From: Centroscyllium fabricii
Lineage: Eukaryota
Length of the DNA: 64,000 bases
Direction of reading: 5' to 3'
Assembly: GCA_051313645.2 (NCBI GenBank)
Contig: JBNRSN020000010.1
Coordinates: forward strand, 38,068,001-38,132,000
Each line of letters begins with the position of its first letter. The first letter of the stretch is position 1. The notes below the pieces were generated by a model that was not told the origin of the DNA, did no database searches, and worked only from the letters and a program-made list of their open reading frames with translations. This document shows positions 34,543-47,696 of the stretch, piece after piece. The translations under genes were made by a program, and so were the position numbers.

Positions 34543-35139
34543 ATTATGTTATGAATGGTGCAGAGCAGATAGAGGTGAAAGGCAGCTCCTCGGGCCCTAA
34601 CTGCTATTGGTCTTTCAAGAAACCTGCCTGGCTGGCTAATTATGGGTATCCACCGACTCGAGATACAACTGTACTCTGAGATTTACACTAGCTGTTCCTC
34701 TTTGTGTTCTGTGCACTACCAGCCCCGTGTCTTGCTAAGCTGCATCTTCAAGTATTCACATCCCAATTGAGCATTTACCAACATTCTGCGGTTTTTAACT
34801 TTTTGGGGCATTTTGAGTCATTTTTGCCTCCCCCACCATTATTTTTGTATTTTTCTCTCTAATCTTTTCTCCTCCTCTCCTGAAGACAGTAACTCCTTGC
34901 TGGGGTACAGTGCCGCCTAATCTGCAGTTCTTCATTGGAAATAGCCATTCTTAATCTATGAGTTGAAGTAGTGAGGGTCAACACACTGTTAACAAAGGGT
35001 GATGGGGGCAGTGGGGTTCCCAGCTGTGCTAAACCTGTTCTCACTCATGTTCACACTGGCCAGCAGGGGTCGCTGGATGGTGATCAAGAACCCTGGCCAA
35101 TTCTCACCTCCCTGACCCAGGGCGCTAAGAAAGAAATAC

Positions 35140-35515
35140 CCTGTAGCACCTTTCCGACCTCAAGACGCCCAAAGTGCTTTGCAGCCAAATAAGTACGTTT
35201 TGAAGTGTAGTCACCGATGATAATCTGTTTTAAGTGATGTTGGTTGAGGGATAAAATATTGGCCAGGACACAGGGGAGAACTCCCCTACTCTTCTTTGAA
35301 ATAGTGGCCATGGGAACTTTTACCACCCGAGAGGATAGACTGGGCCTCGGTTTTCGTCTCATCCGAAGGACGGCACCTTCCGACAGTGCAGCACTCCCTC
35401 AGCACTGCACTGGATTGTCATCCTAGATCTTGTGCTCAAGTCTCTGGATTGGGACTTGAACCCACGATCTTCTGATTCAGAGGCAAGAGTGCTGCCCACT
35501 GACCCACGGCAGACA
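35140..35515 (-). mobile_element. tRNA-headed Deu-domain SINE (SacSINE1-like), partial
   Basis: Minus-strand tRNA-like head (GGTTCAAGTCCC B box) and Deu-like core CCCATGGCCACTATTTCAAAGAAGAGTAGGGGAG..GTCCTGGCCAA. Confidence 0.75.
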
Positions 35516-36215
35516 ACTGTGAAAGTGCTGTTACAGCCCTGAGTGAGATCAGCTGACTCAGCACAGACCAGGAAGTGAACCTGGAGCTTTAGAACGCGTC
35601 TACATGCTGCAGAAACTTGCTTAGTAACTTGATCCTTAAAAAAAAAAAATTAGTCACAGGATGTGGGCATTGCTGGCAAGGCCAGCATTTATTGGCCACC
35701 CCAAATTGCCTTTCAGAAGGTGGTGGTGAGCCGCCGCCTTGAACCGCTGCAGTCCGTGAGGTGGACAGATACTGCCAAAACACATGCTAGCTCGGGCCAC
35801 AACCTGATCACTACAGCCTGATCTACTTCCCTTTTACTCTGTCTAGTTGTAGCAGTGTCCTGCACTCTGGGCCTTGGCCTTCACCAAGGTTTATCAGTAA
35901 TAAATAAGGTTGGATCTGCGTGAGTCCTCTGATCTCGGCGGGGAACACCACTTATGGCTATAACAATGTGCCTCGATTACCTTGGGTACAGGGAGAGGGG
36001 AAAATAAAACCGCCCAAGGTTCTTGCTCCTAATCACTGCCATCCTGGCAATGTGTCAGTCGGTTAAGTGAAGGACTGAGTTCAGCTGTGGCGCCCCTCAC
36101 AGCCAAACAGCTCGCTGACATCACTGTCAGAGCTCACGGGGCAATAATAGGCACTTGGGTGTGGTACTGCAGGGCAAATGGCACACACGCAATTGTGGGC
36201 CAACAAGAAGTCAAT

Positions 36216-36928
36216 GGGGGCTAAATTGGCATTGTAGCACCGGCCCATTGGGCGCTAATCGGGCGGTGCCAAATTAGTGCTAAAAATAGCGACCAACGCT
36301 AAATTCAGCTGGGCGCTAAGTTGGGGGCTAACTGGTAGCGCCCCAACGAATTTAGCGCCCAGCTGGATGTCGCGAATGACGTCATCAGGCCACGCAGCGC
36401 CTGGGAGGCGCCCATGACCGAAATTGGGCAGCACCTGCTGTTTTGCCACTGGGCGCTGCCCGCACCAGCTTTTACCTGTCCAACCAGCAGCGCTCGAGCG
36501 CTGCTTAAAGGAGAGTGCGGCGGTCGGCCATTTTTATTGCTGGCCGACCACCAGCACCTTCCCCCTCGGCCTCCCCCACTGCTCCCCCGGCGGGGTGAGG
36601 CATCCGTCAGCTGAGCCCGGCACTTCCCCCCAGTGCAGGGATCATTCTCTGGCTCCTGATTCCTTGGCGGCCCCGCGGGGCTCTGGCCGCAGCTGCACTA
36701 GGCACCTCCCTTTTAATGGGGAGGAAGGCCTGCCATTCCGCGGGCCGCCGGTGCAGCCTCCCTCGCACGGCGCTGCGTTAACAGCACTAAGAGCGAGGCC
36801 GGCCGCCCACCCATAATGGGCGATGCCAGCTAATTTCGGTGCTAGTAGCGCCAGCGATGTGCTGCCACTAACAATAGCGCATCGCCTGGGTCAGCGCCAC
36901 AAAGTGTGGGCTGAACAATTTTTCCCCC
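36216..36928. mobile_element. GC-rich non-autonomous TIR element with a 3-bp AAT TSD
   Basis: AAT-GGGGGCTAAATTG ... CAATTTTTCCCCC-AAT; the TIRs match at 11 of 13 positions. Confidence 0.75.
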
Positions 36929-37205
36929 AATGACTTCAGGAGAGCGGGACGGGTGATAATGTTCGAGGGATGAAAGCGGCCTCTGTAGTTGGATCTCAGG
37001 AGACACCAGTGTCTGCCGGGATACAGTTGTCTTCTTCCCTACATCCCACAGGAAGACTCGAGGGCCTCTGCTCATAGTCATCTCTCTTGACACAGTTTGG
37101 ATTGGCACTCAATCCTGCACCCATCCTGGGTTGTTGCACTGAGCACCCCTCATCCCCCCATAGTTCTACATTTTTAATAACATATGATAAAAATTACACC
37201 TACAG

Positions 37206-37329
37206 TGAAATCTGACCAGCGACTGGACAGTCTCAAGTCATTGTCTATGAGAGAAACGGAAGAGCTGCTAAATCCTCGGCTTAGCATTTCGGCAAGATTC
37301 CTGTCTCGATCGCTGACATCAAGTTTCAG
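37206..37329 (+). CDS. MAPKBP1: MAPKBP1 exon: KSDQRLDSLK..LNPRLSISARFLSRSLTSSF
   Basis: tacag/gtcagt boundaries; phase 1 to 2; the SISARFL motif is conserved in MAPKBP1/WDR62. Confidence 0.88.
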
Positions 37330-37439
37330 GTCAGTAAAGCAAAGTTGTCATGTATTTCTAGAATAATATATCATTCGTTAATAAAATCAATTACTGAGAG
37401 TAATAATGTTATAAGGATCGTGTGTCTCTTTAAAAGGGA

Positions 37440-40245
37440 ATATGTTCCTTTACTACAGAGAGTGTGTTCCTGTGTCACGGGGAGTGTGTTCCTGTGTCAC
37501 GGGGAGTGTGTTCCTGTGTCACGGGGAGTGTGTTCCTGTGTCACGGGGAGTGTGTTCCTGTGTCACGGGGAGTGTGTTCCTGTGTCGCGGCGAGTGTGTT
37601 CCTGTGTCACGGGGAGTGTGTTCCTGTGTCACGGGGAGTGTGTTCCTGTGTCGCGGGGAGTGTGTTCCTGTGTCGCGGGGAGTGTGTTCCTGTGTCGCGG
37701 CGAGTGTGTTCCTGTGTCGCGGCGAGTGTGTTCCTGTGTCGCGGGGAGTGTGTTCCTGTGTCGCGGGGAGTGTGTTCCTATGTCACAGGGAATGTGTTCC
37801 TGTGTTACGGGGAGGGTGAGCCTGTGCCACGGGCAGTGAGTGCCTGCGTCACGGGGAGCATGTGCCTGCATCACGGGGAGCGTGTGCCTGTGTCATGGGG
37901 AGCGTGTGCCTGTGTCACGGGTAGCGTGTGCCTGCATCATGGGGAGCGTGTTCCTGCATCACGGGAAGTGTGTTCCTATGTCACCAGGAGTGTGTGCCGG
38001 TGTCACAGGGAGCGTGTGCCTGTGCCACGGGGAGCAAGTGTCTGAGTCACGGGGAGCGAGTGCCTGAGTCACGGGGAGCGAGTGCCTGTGTCACAGGGAG
38101 CGAGTGTCTGAGTCACGGGGAGCGAGTGCCTGAGACACGGGGAGCGAGTGCCTGTGTCACAGGGAGCGAGTGTCTGAGTCACGGGGAGCGAGTGTCTCTG
38201 TCACTGGGAGCAAGTGTCTGTGTCACCTGGAGCGAGTATCTGTGTCACGGGGAGCGAGTGTCTGAGTCACGGGGCGCGAGTGTCTGAGTCACAGGGAGCG
38301 AGTGCCTGAGTCACGGGGAGCGAGTGTCTGAGTCACGGGGAGCGAGTGTCTGAGTCACGGGGAGCGAGTGTCTGAGTCACGGGGAGCGAGTGTCTGAGTC
38401 ACGGGGAGCGAGTATCTGAGTCACGGGGAGCGAGTGTCTGTGTCACCGGGAGCGAGTGTCTGTGTCACCGGGAGCGAGTGTCTGTGTCACCGGGAGCGAG
38501 TGTCTGTGTCACCGGGAGCGTGTGCTGCTGTCACGGGGAGCGTGTGCCGGTGTCATGGGGAGTGAGTTCCTCTGTCATGGGGAGTGTGTTCCTGTGTCAC
38601 GGAGAGCGGGTGCCTGTGCCATGGATACCGTGTGCCTGTCACGGGGAGCGTGTGCCTGCATCATGGGGAGCGTGTTCCTGCATCACGGGGTGCGTGTACC
38701 TATGTCACCAAGAGTGTGTGCCTGTGTCACCGGGAGAGTCTGGCGGTGTCACAGGGAACGAGTGTCTGAGTCATGGGGAGCGAGTGTCTGAGTCACGGGG
38801 AGTGAGTGTCTGAGTCACGGGGAGTGAGTGTCTGAGTCACGGGGAGCGAGTGTCTGCATCACGGGGAGCGAGTGTCTTGAGTCACTGGGAGCGAGTGTCT
38901 GAGTCACGGGGAGCGAGTGTCTGCGTCACGGGGAGCGAGTGTCTGCATCACGGGGAGCGAGTGTCTTGAGTCACTGGGAGCGAGTGTCTGAGTCACGGGG
39001 AACGAGTGTCTGAGTCACGGGGAACGAGTGTCTGCATCACGGGGAATGAGTGTCTGCGTCACCGGGAGCGAGTGTCTGAGTCACGGGGAACGAGTGTCTG
39101 CATCACGGGGAACGAGTGTCTGAGTCACGGGGAGCGAGTGTCTGAGTCACGGGGAGCGAGTGTCTGCATCACGGGGAGCGAGTGTCTTGAGTCACTGGGA
39201 GCGAGTGTCTGAGTCACGGGGAGCGAGTGTCTGCGTCACGGGGAGCGAGTGTCTGCATCACGGGGAGCGAGTGTCTGCATCACGGGGAGCGAGTGTCTTG
39301 AGTCACTGGGAGCGAGTGTCTGAGTCACGGGGAACGAGTATCTGCGTCACGGGGAACGAGTGTCTGTGTCACGGGGAACGAGTGTCTGTGTCACCGGGAG
39401 CGAGTGCCTGTGTCATGGGGATCGTATGCCTGTGTCATGGCGATCGTGTGCCTGTGTCACGGGGAGCATGTGTCTGTGTCACGGGTAGCATGTGTCTCTG
39501 TCACGGGGAGTGTGTGCCTGTGTCTCGGGGAGTGGGTTCCTGTGTCACTGGGAGCGTGTTCCTGTGTCACTGGGAGCGTGTTCCTGTGTCATGGGATGTG
39601 TTTTCCTGTGTCATGGGGCGCATGATCCTGCATCATGGGGTGCTTGTGCCTGTGTCACGGATAGGATGTGTCTGTGTCACGGGGAGCGTGTGCCTGTGTC
39701 ATGGGGATCATGTGCCTGTGTCACTGGGAGTGTGCTCCTGGGTCACGGGGTGCATGTTCCTGTGTCATGGGGTGTGTGCTCCTGGGTCACGGGGTGCATG
39801 TTCCTGTGTCATGGGGTGCATGTGCCTGTGTCACGGGGAGCATGTGCCTGTGTCACGGGCAGCGTGTGCCTGTGTCACGAGGAGCATGTGCCTGTGTCAC
39901 GGGCAGCGTGTTCCTGTGTCATGGGGTGCATGTGTTTGCCACGGGAAGCGTGTTCTTGTGTCACGAGGAGCGTGTGCCAGTGTCACGGGGAGCGTGTTCC
40001 TGTTCACGGGGAGCATGTGCCCATGTCACAGGGAGCATTGTCACGGGGTGCATTGTCCCATGTCACGGAGAGCGTGTTCCTCTGTCACAGGGAGCATGTT
40101 CCTCTGTCACAGGGAGCGTGTTCCTGTGTCTCGGAGCGTGTTCCTGTGTCTCGGGGAGCATTGTCCCGTGTCACAGGGAGCATGTTCCTGTGTCTCGGGG
40201 AGCGTGTTCCTGTGTCACGGGGAGCATTGTCATGGGGAGTGTGTG
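37440..40245. repeat. 22-bp minisatellite array (TGTGTTCCTGTGTCACGGGGAG and variants), about 2.8 kb
   Basis: Tandem copies are directly visible; the 22-aa periodicity of the spurious ORFs equals three units. Confidence 0.96.
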
Positions 40246-40749
40246 TGTGCCATTGGGGATCGTCCCCGACAACTGGGAATATTGCTGGGTGATGGCGGCT
40301 GGGGCAGGGGCCAGACTGGCATTCAGGAGGAAGGAGGGACCGGGGGAGCTTGCGGGTGTGGGGAGGGGTGTTGGCCGATCGCGGCAGGGAGGTTTGTTTG
40401 AGGTGTCGGGGGTGGCTGGCCTGCTCTTCCAGGCCCACAAGCAGTGCTGTGAAAAGACTTACCTGCTGGATCCGGCTGCTCCCGCCTCCCTTCAGCTGGC
40501 AGGTTTCCCGTTCCCTGGGAAACCCGGTCGGCCAGCGTTAAATTTAAATGGCTGCCAAAATACAGGAATGGAGCCTGTATTAAATATTATAATGACGGGC
40601 CCGTCCCTCCAGAGTGAGTTACTCATACTCCCCCAAACCCACCGCGTTGAAACCCGAAACCGGCGCAATCGCGGCAGGTTGGGGTCGGATCACCCTACTT
40701 TTTATTTTTAATGCCACTCCCACCCTGAGCACCCCACCCCACCATGTGT

Positions 40750-41580
40750 CTCTGTTGGTAGGGGTGTAGAATTGTGTGTTGTCAGAATACTTATGGAAGC
40801 TAACCCAATGCTGACAGATAATGTCACTGAGGAGCAATATGTAGATGAGGAAGACAGGGTCAAAGATGGATGCTTGGAGTATTCCAGAGGTGACTATGCG
40901 GGTGTGGGGCAAGAAACTGAAGCTGTGCCGGCTGTGGTGGGACGTCGAGAAGTGAAACCCAGCAGTCCCGTGGAGCTGGACTACAAGGACAAGCAGTGAT
41001 GGAGGATGGTGTGGTCGGCCCTGTTAAATGCCATGGAGAGATTGGAAAGGAGAAGGAGGGATAAGACGCTATGGCTGCTGTTATAGAAGATCTAATTGGT
41101 GACTGGCCATAAGTGATTTCCATGCTCTGAGCTTGATAGAACCTGAACAGAAGGGGTTTGAACAAGGTGTTGTGGGAGAGGTGAGCCTGGAGCGCAGGCA
41201 ATGCATGCTCAAGAATCGTGGAATGGAAATGGAGACAGAACCATATTTGGGGAGAGTAGGCAGATCAACAATGGGCTTTTAGAAGAGGATTGTGATTATG
41301 ACCATTTTAAAAGGGAGGTCAGTACAAAGCAAAGAGAGGCATTAACAACATTGATAAGTGTGATGATCAAGAAAGGTAATTGAGTGGTCAGGAGTTGGAT
41401 AGGAAGTGGTTCAAGAAGAAGAAGCTGGGCCTGATGACAGAGATGAGCTTGGAGAGGTCAGGGAAAAGATTGAAAGGATTGGAGACTGGGGCTAGGGTGA
41501 GTGAGCGGTGGAAGGGGGGTGAGTTCACGACAGAGGCAGCTGCCTGAATGGTCTCAATCTTTGAGCCTGCCTGGAATATT
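40750..41580 (-). mobile_element. Old L2-type LINE fragment
   Basis: Minus-strand decayed RT (GILQASIFDPVFLIY..YSDNTQFY). Confidence 0.6.
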
Positions 41581-42639
41581 ATCGGTCTTGTCCACCACCA
41601 GGTCTGGCTTGACCATGTCAAACATCGCCATGCTTCCTTTGCCACAGCCAAATCCTCCTCCTACTCCAGGAACGTCCTGAGTGTGAGTGTAAGGAGAATC
41701 CATGAAGAAATCATGAGCTGCTTGCACCTGCTTTAGAAGTGAGTCAGAAAGGAGTGGGGAAGAGGGTTTGAGGAGGCAGTTTGTCTCTGGGGATAGAGAT
41801 GGGGGAGTGGGACTGATTGGAGAGCTCTTTCAAAGAGCCGGCACAGGCACCATGGGCCGAATGGCCTCTTGCTATGCTGTATGTTTCTATGAATCTAGGA
41901 GGAGTTAACATGGAAAAGGAGGCATGGTAGTGCTTTACATGACTGAGCAGATCTGGCAATGGACAATAAGATGAATCATGCATCGGTTGAGATCGTGTCG
42001 ACCGCTCTAACGTCAGAGTGCAGAGATAGTAGAGTTTCCGCTTTGGGCACTATTGCTGATCCGGGAGCAGATTACACCCAAAATTGTGCTAGTTTTCAAA
42101 CTTTCTTTTTCCCCTTAAGTGCCCGCTCAAACTCATTTGCATAACGTCAAATGCAAAATCTGCCGTGAACCATTATTTTTATTTTTGGAAAAAAAATTGC
42201 TTTAATAAGTATTCCTTGATTTATTTAAGAGTGGTAACTTGGTGCGGTTTGATTCATACAAAAAATCAACATTTTAATCAGAGTAAGCAACCCGATTTTA
42301 AATAACTGAAAATGACTTTAAAAAACTACGCAGAGCCATTGCTCGTTACATTGGTGTACAGAAGTCAGTTTCTTAGTAAATTTAAAAAAGTTATACTCAA
42401 AAGCCTTTAAAACAAGCCTTGCGCACACAGCGGATAAACGAGCACAATTAGCGGACACTCGCTCTGATGATTAATCTGGTCTGGGGCCGTGGTCGGCTTT
42501 GTGGGCGGGGCCGGCTTCTAGCACAATGTTTTTTAAACTAGTGCAAAAGATCACGGAAAATCGATTTGCGCTTAAAATTCTGCGATCTTTTGCGCTGGTT
42601 TGGCTGATTTTGACCGAATTGCGACAAAAACTCCATCCA

Positions 42640-43600
42640 AATGAACGGAAACTCCAGGCCGCTCTTTACCGGGGTGGACACCGAGCGGAAACTCCAGGCC
42701 GCTCTTTACCAGGGGATCGATGGGGGGAGACACTGAGTGGAAACTCCAGGCCGCTCTTTACCAGGTGGGTCACTGAGCGGAAACTCCAGGCCGCTCTTTA
42801 CCAGGGTGGACACCGAGCGGAAACTCCAGGCCGCTCTTTACCTGAGGGACACTGAGCGAAAACTCCAGGCCGCTCTTTATCTGAGGGACACTGAGCGGAA
42901 ACTCCAGGCTGCTCTTTACCAGGGGATCGATGGGGGGAGACACTGAGTGGAAACTCCAGGCCGCTCTTTACCAGGTGGGTCACTGAGCGGAAACTCCAGG
43001 CCGCTCTTTACCAGGTGATCGATGGGGGGAGACACTGAGTGGAAACTCCAGGCCGCTCTTTACCAGGTGGGTCACTGAGCGGAAACTCCAGGCCGCTCTT
43101 TACCAGGGTGGACACCGAGCGGAAACTCCAGGCCGCTCTTTACCTGAGGGACACTGAGTGGAAACTCCAGGCCGCTCTTTACCTGAGGGACACTGAGCGA
43201 AAACTCCAGGCCGCTCTTTATCTGAGGGACACTGAGCGGAAACTCCAGGCTGCTCTTTACCTGAGGGACACTGAATGGAAACTCCAGGCCGCTCTTTACC
43301 AGGTGGGTCACTGAGCGGAAACTCCAGGCCGCTCTTTACCAGGTGGGTCACTGAGCGGAAACTCCAGGCCGCTCTTTACCTGAGGGACACTGAGCGGAAA
43401 CTCCAGGCCGCTCTTTACCTGAGGGACACTGAGCGGAAACTCCAGGCCGCTCTTTACCGGGGGACACTGAGCAGAAACTCCAGGCCACTCTTTACCAGGG
43501 GGACACTGAGCGGAAACTCCAGGCCACTCTTTACCTGGGCAGACACTGAGCAGAAACTCCAGGCCGCTCTTTACCAGGGATCGATGGGGTGAGACACCGA
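42640..43600. repeat. 39-bp minisatellite GAGCGGAAACTCCAGGCCGCTCTTTACCTGAGGGACACT, with longer variants
   Basis: More than 20 tandem copies with an invariant core and higher-order duplication of variant blocks. Confidence 0.95.
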
Positions 43601-43927
43601 GTGATTTGAAGGGGACTAGGGTGTCTAAGGCAAACTTCAACAACAGTGTTGTGATGGGTGAGAGCCAGAGGAAGGGATTAGACATTACAAACTGAGTTGC
43701 TGAGAGATAAGGACGGCAGTATTTTCCAGAATTAGAAGGAGATGTGGAAGTTGAGGGAGATGTGAAAGTGGTCAGAGCTAGCCAATTCACTGACTCAAAT
43801 AACGTGGCCATACAAGACATCTAAATGAAGGGGGTAGCTGCACATGTTCTTGGGGAAGGTGATGTGAATGGCGAGGTTCAATAAATGCATGAGCCTGGAG
43901 AATGAAAGCAAAGGTAATTAAAATGAA

Positions 43928-44632
43928 GTAAAATCAGAAAATGCTGGAAATACTCAGCAGGTCAGGCAGCATCTGTGGAGAGAGAAACAGAGTTAACGTT
44001 TCAGGTCGATTCATTGAACTGTATGAACTGGAAAAAACTGGAGATGGGAAAGGTTTTTAAGCAAGTGCAGGGGCAGGGAAAGGGGGGAGGGGAGGAAAGA
44101 AGAAAAGGGGAGGTCTGTGATAGGATGGTAGGCCGGAGAGATGAAGAGACAAAAAGAATGATGGTGCAAGGCAAAAGGAGATGGTAATGGGACAAGTTAA
44201 GAAACAAAGTATGGCTCTAGATGAAGTGTAAATGGCAATGGCTGAATGATCGACAGCTGCCATGTGAGAGAGAGAGAAAAAAATGGGGAAAAAAGATAGG
44301 GGCAGAGGTTATGGTCTGAGATTGTTGAACTCGATGTTGAGTCCAGAAGGCTGTGAGGTGCCTAATTGAAAGACGAGATGCTGTTCCTCAAGCTTACGTT
44401 AAGCTTCATTGGAACAGTGTAAGAGGCCGAGGACTGAGTGGGAATGGAGCGGAAAGTTAAAGTGACAGGCGACCGGAAGCTCGGGGTCACCCTTACGGAC
44501 TGAACGGAGGTGTTCTGCAAAGCAGTCACCCAATCTGCGTTTGGTCTCCCCAATGTAGAGGAGACCACATCATGAGCAGTGAATACAGTATACTAGATTG
44601 CAAGAAGTACAAGTAAATTGCTTTTTCACCTG
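43928..44632 (-). mobile_element. Penelope-like element fragment (GIY-YIG C-terminus plus pLTR)
   Basis: Minus strand encodes CGLLYIGETKRRLGDCFAEHLRSVRKGDPELPVACHFN; similar to 48043-48683. Confidence 0.85.
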
Positions 44633-44661
44633 TTTAATTAAAATGAAGTTTGAAGTTATAA

Positions 44662-45122
44662 AGAAAGAAGAAAGACTTACATTTATATGGCGCCTTTCAC
44701 AACCACTGGACATCCCAAAGCACTTTACAACCAATTAAGTACTTTTGGAGTGTAGTCACTGTTGTAATGTAGGAAACATGGCAGCTAATTTGCGTACAGC
44801 AAGCTCCCACAAACAGCAATGTGATAATGACCAGAAAATATGTTTTAGTGATGTTGATCGAGAGATAAATATTGGCCAGGACACTGGGGATAAATCCGCT
44901 GCACTTCTTTGAAATAGTGCCAAGGTGATCTTTTACGTCCACCTGAGAGAACAGATGGGGCCTCGATTTAACCTTTCATCTGAAAGACGGCACCTCTGAC
45001 AGTGCAGCACTCCCTCAGCTCTGCGCTAGAGTATCAGCCTAGATTCTTGTGCTCAAGTCCCTGGAGTGGGACTTGAACCATAACTTCAGAGGCGAGAGTG
45101 CATCCACTGAGTCACTGGCTGA
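44662..45122 (-). mobile_element. Deu-domain SINE (SacSINE1-like) with L2-type tail
   Basis: tRNA-like head near 45060-45120, Deu core, and a (CTTT)n-like tail at 44662. Confidence 0.8.
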
Positions 45123-45625
45123 CAGGTGAAAAGAAACGAGGGCAAAAATAGGGACTCTGTGGAAGAGTCCTTCCATACAGCACTCAGACCCCTCCTAACA
45201 GCTGGTTATGAATTGGCCAGAGTGAATCATTACCCAGAGCTTTTAAATGGTAGTTCTCGAGTACCATATGTTGCTCAGCTGTCTTCCGATGTGCACCGTC
45301 ACTACTATTAATGATCATTCACTAACCATCTGTCTGAATGGTCTCCTGGCACTGAACAGTGCGATTGCCAAGAGGACATTAACAACAGCACAGTTAATAT
45401 GAAGCTAAAAGGCTCCAAAGTGAAACTGTTCATTTAGTAAAATCAAATTCTCTCCGCAATGATTAAGAGAAACAAGCCCACAGAGAGCAAAGGAGTGTTT
45501 GTGCCTACTTTACTTCAGAACGCAATTTTCAATGCGTGACAGCAGGTTGAGTCCTGTGCATTACTGACGACATTGGAATTGGAGTCTAGAGGTTACATCT
45601 ATCAAGTCATCAACAAAGTATACAG

Positions 45626-45842
45626 GTGGAGTCACCGAGGCCTCTAACCGTGAGTCCAATGCTCTACTGTGGAGTCACCGAGACCTCTAACCGTGAGTCC
45701 AATGCTCTACTGTGGAGTCACCGAGACCTCTAACCGTGAGTCCAACGCTCTACTGTGGAGTCACCGAGGCCTCTAACCGCGAGTCCAACGCTCTACTGTG
45801 GCATCATCGAAGCCTCTAACCGTGAGTCCAACGCTCCACTGT
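45626..45842. repeat. 43-bp minisatellite GTGGAGTCACCGAGACCTCTAACCGTGAGTCCAATGCTCTACT
   Basis: Five tandem copies. Confidence 0.92.
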
Positions 45843-46360
45843 ACATCACATGAGCCTGCTGAATGGGTAACCCAGTGCATACTGCTGGAACTTCAGTACT
45901 CGTTGAATATTGGTCTACTATTCATCTGCAGGCGCTATCACGTCCTCTGAAAATGAGACAAATGTGTTCCTGTTGAAATTATCAAACCATCTGAACTGGA
46001 CTTCCAGGCTCTTTCAATGGCAGCCCAATGCTCGAGTCGATATCCTAAATTGGAATCCAACATGCTACTTTTCGAAGTAACACATCTCTGAATGGGAATC
46101 TCACACTCCTACCACTGAATGTCCCAAACAGCAATCCAACACTCTGCTGGTGGATCTTTCCAACTCTCTGTACTGGAGTCCAGCAGTGTTACTAAAGCTA
46201 TCCTGTCATCTCAATGGGAGATCAACTAACAGAAGCTGGTGAACAGCTCAATGATTTTGCCAAAAATGATAGAAAATGACCTACCTTCTTCTTGTATTGT
46301 GAAATCGCCAACATCCTACTTGGTAACATACTCGTTCTGTTGACGTTTTTGTGTTTTCAG

Positions 46361-46556
46361 GAACTCGCCAGATCTTACCTCCAAGTTCCTCCATAATGGT
46401 GAGTCAAGAGTCAACCAGTTTACATTTCCTGTCTCTAACTTAGAGCAACAAGGAGAGGAGGTCTTCAAAGTGAAGAGTGAGAGCAGGAAGCAGGAACCAC
46501 AGAGGCACGAGGATGCAGTAAAATACAGAAATGATGATCAGAAACAACCAGATGAT
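46361..46556 (+). CDS. MAPKBP1: MAPKBP1 exon (divergent): NSPDLTSKFLHNGESRVNQF..DDQKQPDD
   Basis: Strong ttttcag/gtaagt sites and an open frame; phase 2 to 0 exactly bridges the flanking exons. Little recognisable homology. Confidence 0.78.
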
Positions 46557-46647
46557 GTAAGTGCTGCATTACATTTTGGATTTTCCCAACATCTTTACTC
46601 ATATATACAGTTACAGTTTCCATAAGCACACCAATTCTGCTATGAAG

Positions 46648-47140
46648 TCAAGGCCTTGGAGAGGGTGCAGGGGAGATTTACTAGAATGGTACCAGGGCTG
46701 AGATGTTACAGTTTTGTGGACAGCCCAGAGAAACTGGGATTGTTCTCCTTTGAGCAAACAAGGTTAAGAAGAGATTTAATAGAGGTGTTCAAAATCTTGA
46801 GGGGTTGACAGATTAAATAAGGAGAAACTGTTTCCACTGCAGAAAGGTTGGTAACCAGAGGACACAGATTTAAGGTCATTGGCAAAAGAACCAGAGGGGA
46901 GATAAGGAGAAATGATTTTACTCAGCGAGCTATGATCTGGAATGCACTGCCTGAAAGGGTGGTGGGAGCAGATTCAGTAGTAACTTTCAAAAGGGAGTTG
47001 GATATTTGCTTGAAGGGAAAAATCTGCAGGGCTATGGGGTAAGAGCAGGGCAGTGGGACTAATTGAATAGCTCTTTCAAAGAGTCGGCACAGACACGATG
47101 GGACGAATGGCCTCCTTCTCTGCTGTAGGATTCTATGATT
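46648..47140 (+). mobile_element. Degenerate CR1 3' fragment
   Basis: TRGHRFKVIGKR..WNALPERVV and the CR1 3' UTR. Confidence 0.85.
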
Positions 47141-47499
47141 ACATGAATCAAAATCTGTGTCTTTGTTCTCTGCTTTGTTTGATCTACCAATTAATCTCTA
47201 ATGCAGGAAATTGTTCACAGATGAGCGTGTAGAGCACCCACCATGTTTTTATGTCACTTCAGATGATGAAAAATAATGCATTTAAAGGCCAGTGTTTACA
47301 GCTAGAGATAACTTACTACTGCCACACTCATACCCCTTCTAGCAGTAAGTTGTAAACTGTCCATAGTGTCACACAAGAGATGAGATTGGTGGTGTCCGTG
47401 AAACACTTCAATGAAGGTTCTGATTCTGTCAATCCAGTGGAGATGTGGGCTGTGAGCCACATCTATGGAGATGTTGATGGTGAGATACTTCAGTGTAGA

Positions 47500-47696
47500 T
47501 GTTAACATTGAGTCAGCCAGTAGAGATGTTGGCAATGAGTCACTCTTTTGGATATATCACATATCACTCATTTGGAGGTATTAGCAGTGTGTAACTCCAA
47601 GGAAGATGTTGGTGTTGTGTAACTCCTAGGAGACATTGGTGTCAAGTCACTCCTATGAGATGTTGGTGTCGAGTCACTCCTATGAGACATTGGTGT
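47500..47696. repeat. Degenerate ~27-bp repeat (GAGTCACTCCTATGAGACATTGGTGTC), continuing at about 51385-51480 beyond a CR1 insertion
   Basis: The same unit occurs on both sides of the minus-strand CR1. Confidence 0.75.

Noticed and set aside
37345-40711. Long Cys-rich ORFs (up to 413 aa)
   Set aside because: They are translations of the 22-bp minisatellite, open in several frames with the same periodic peptide.
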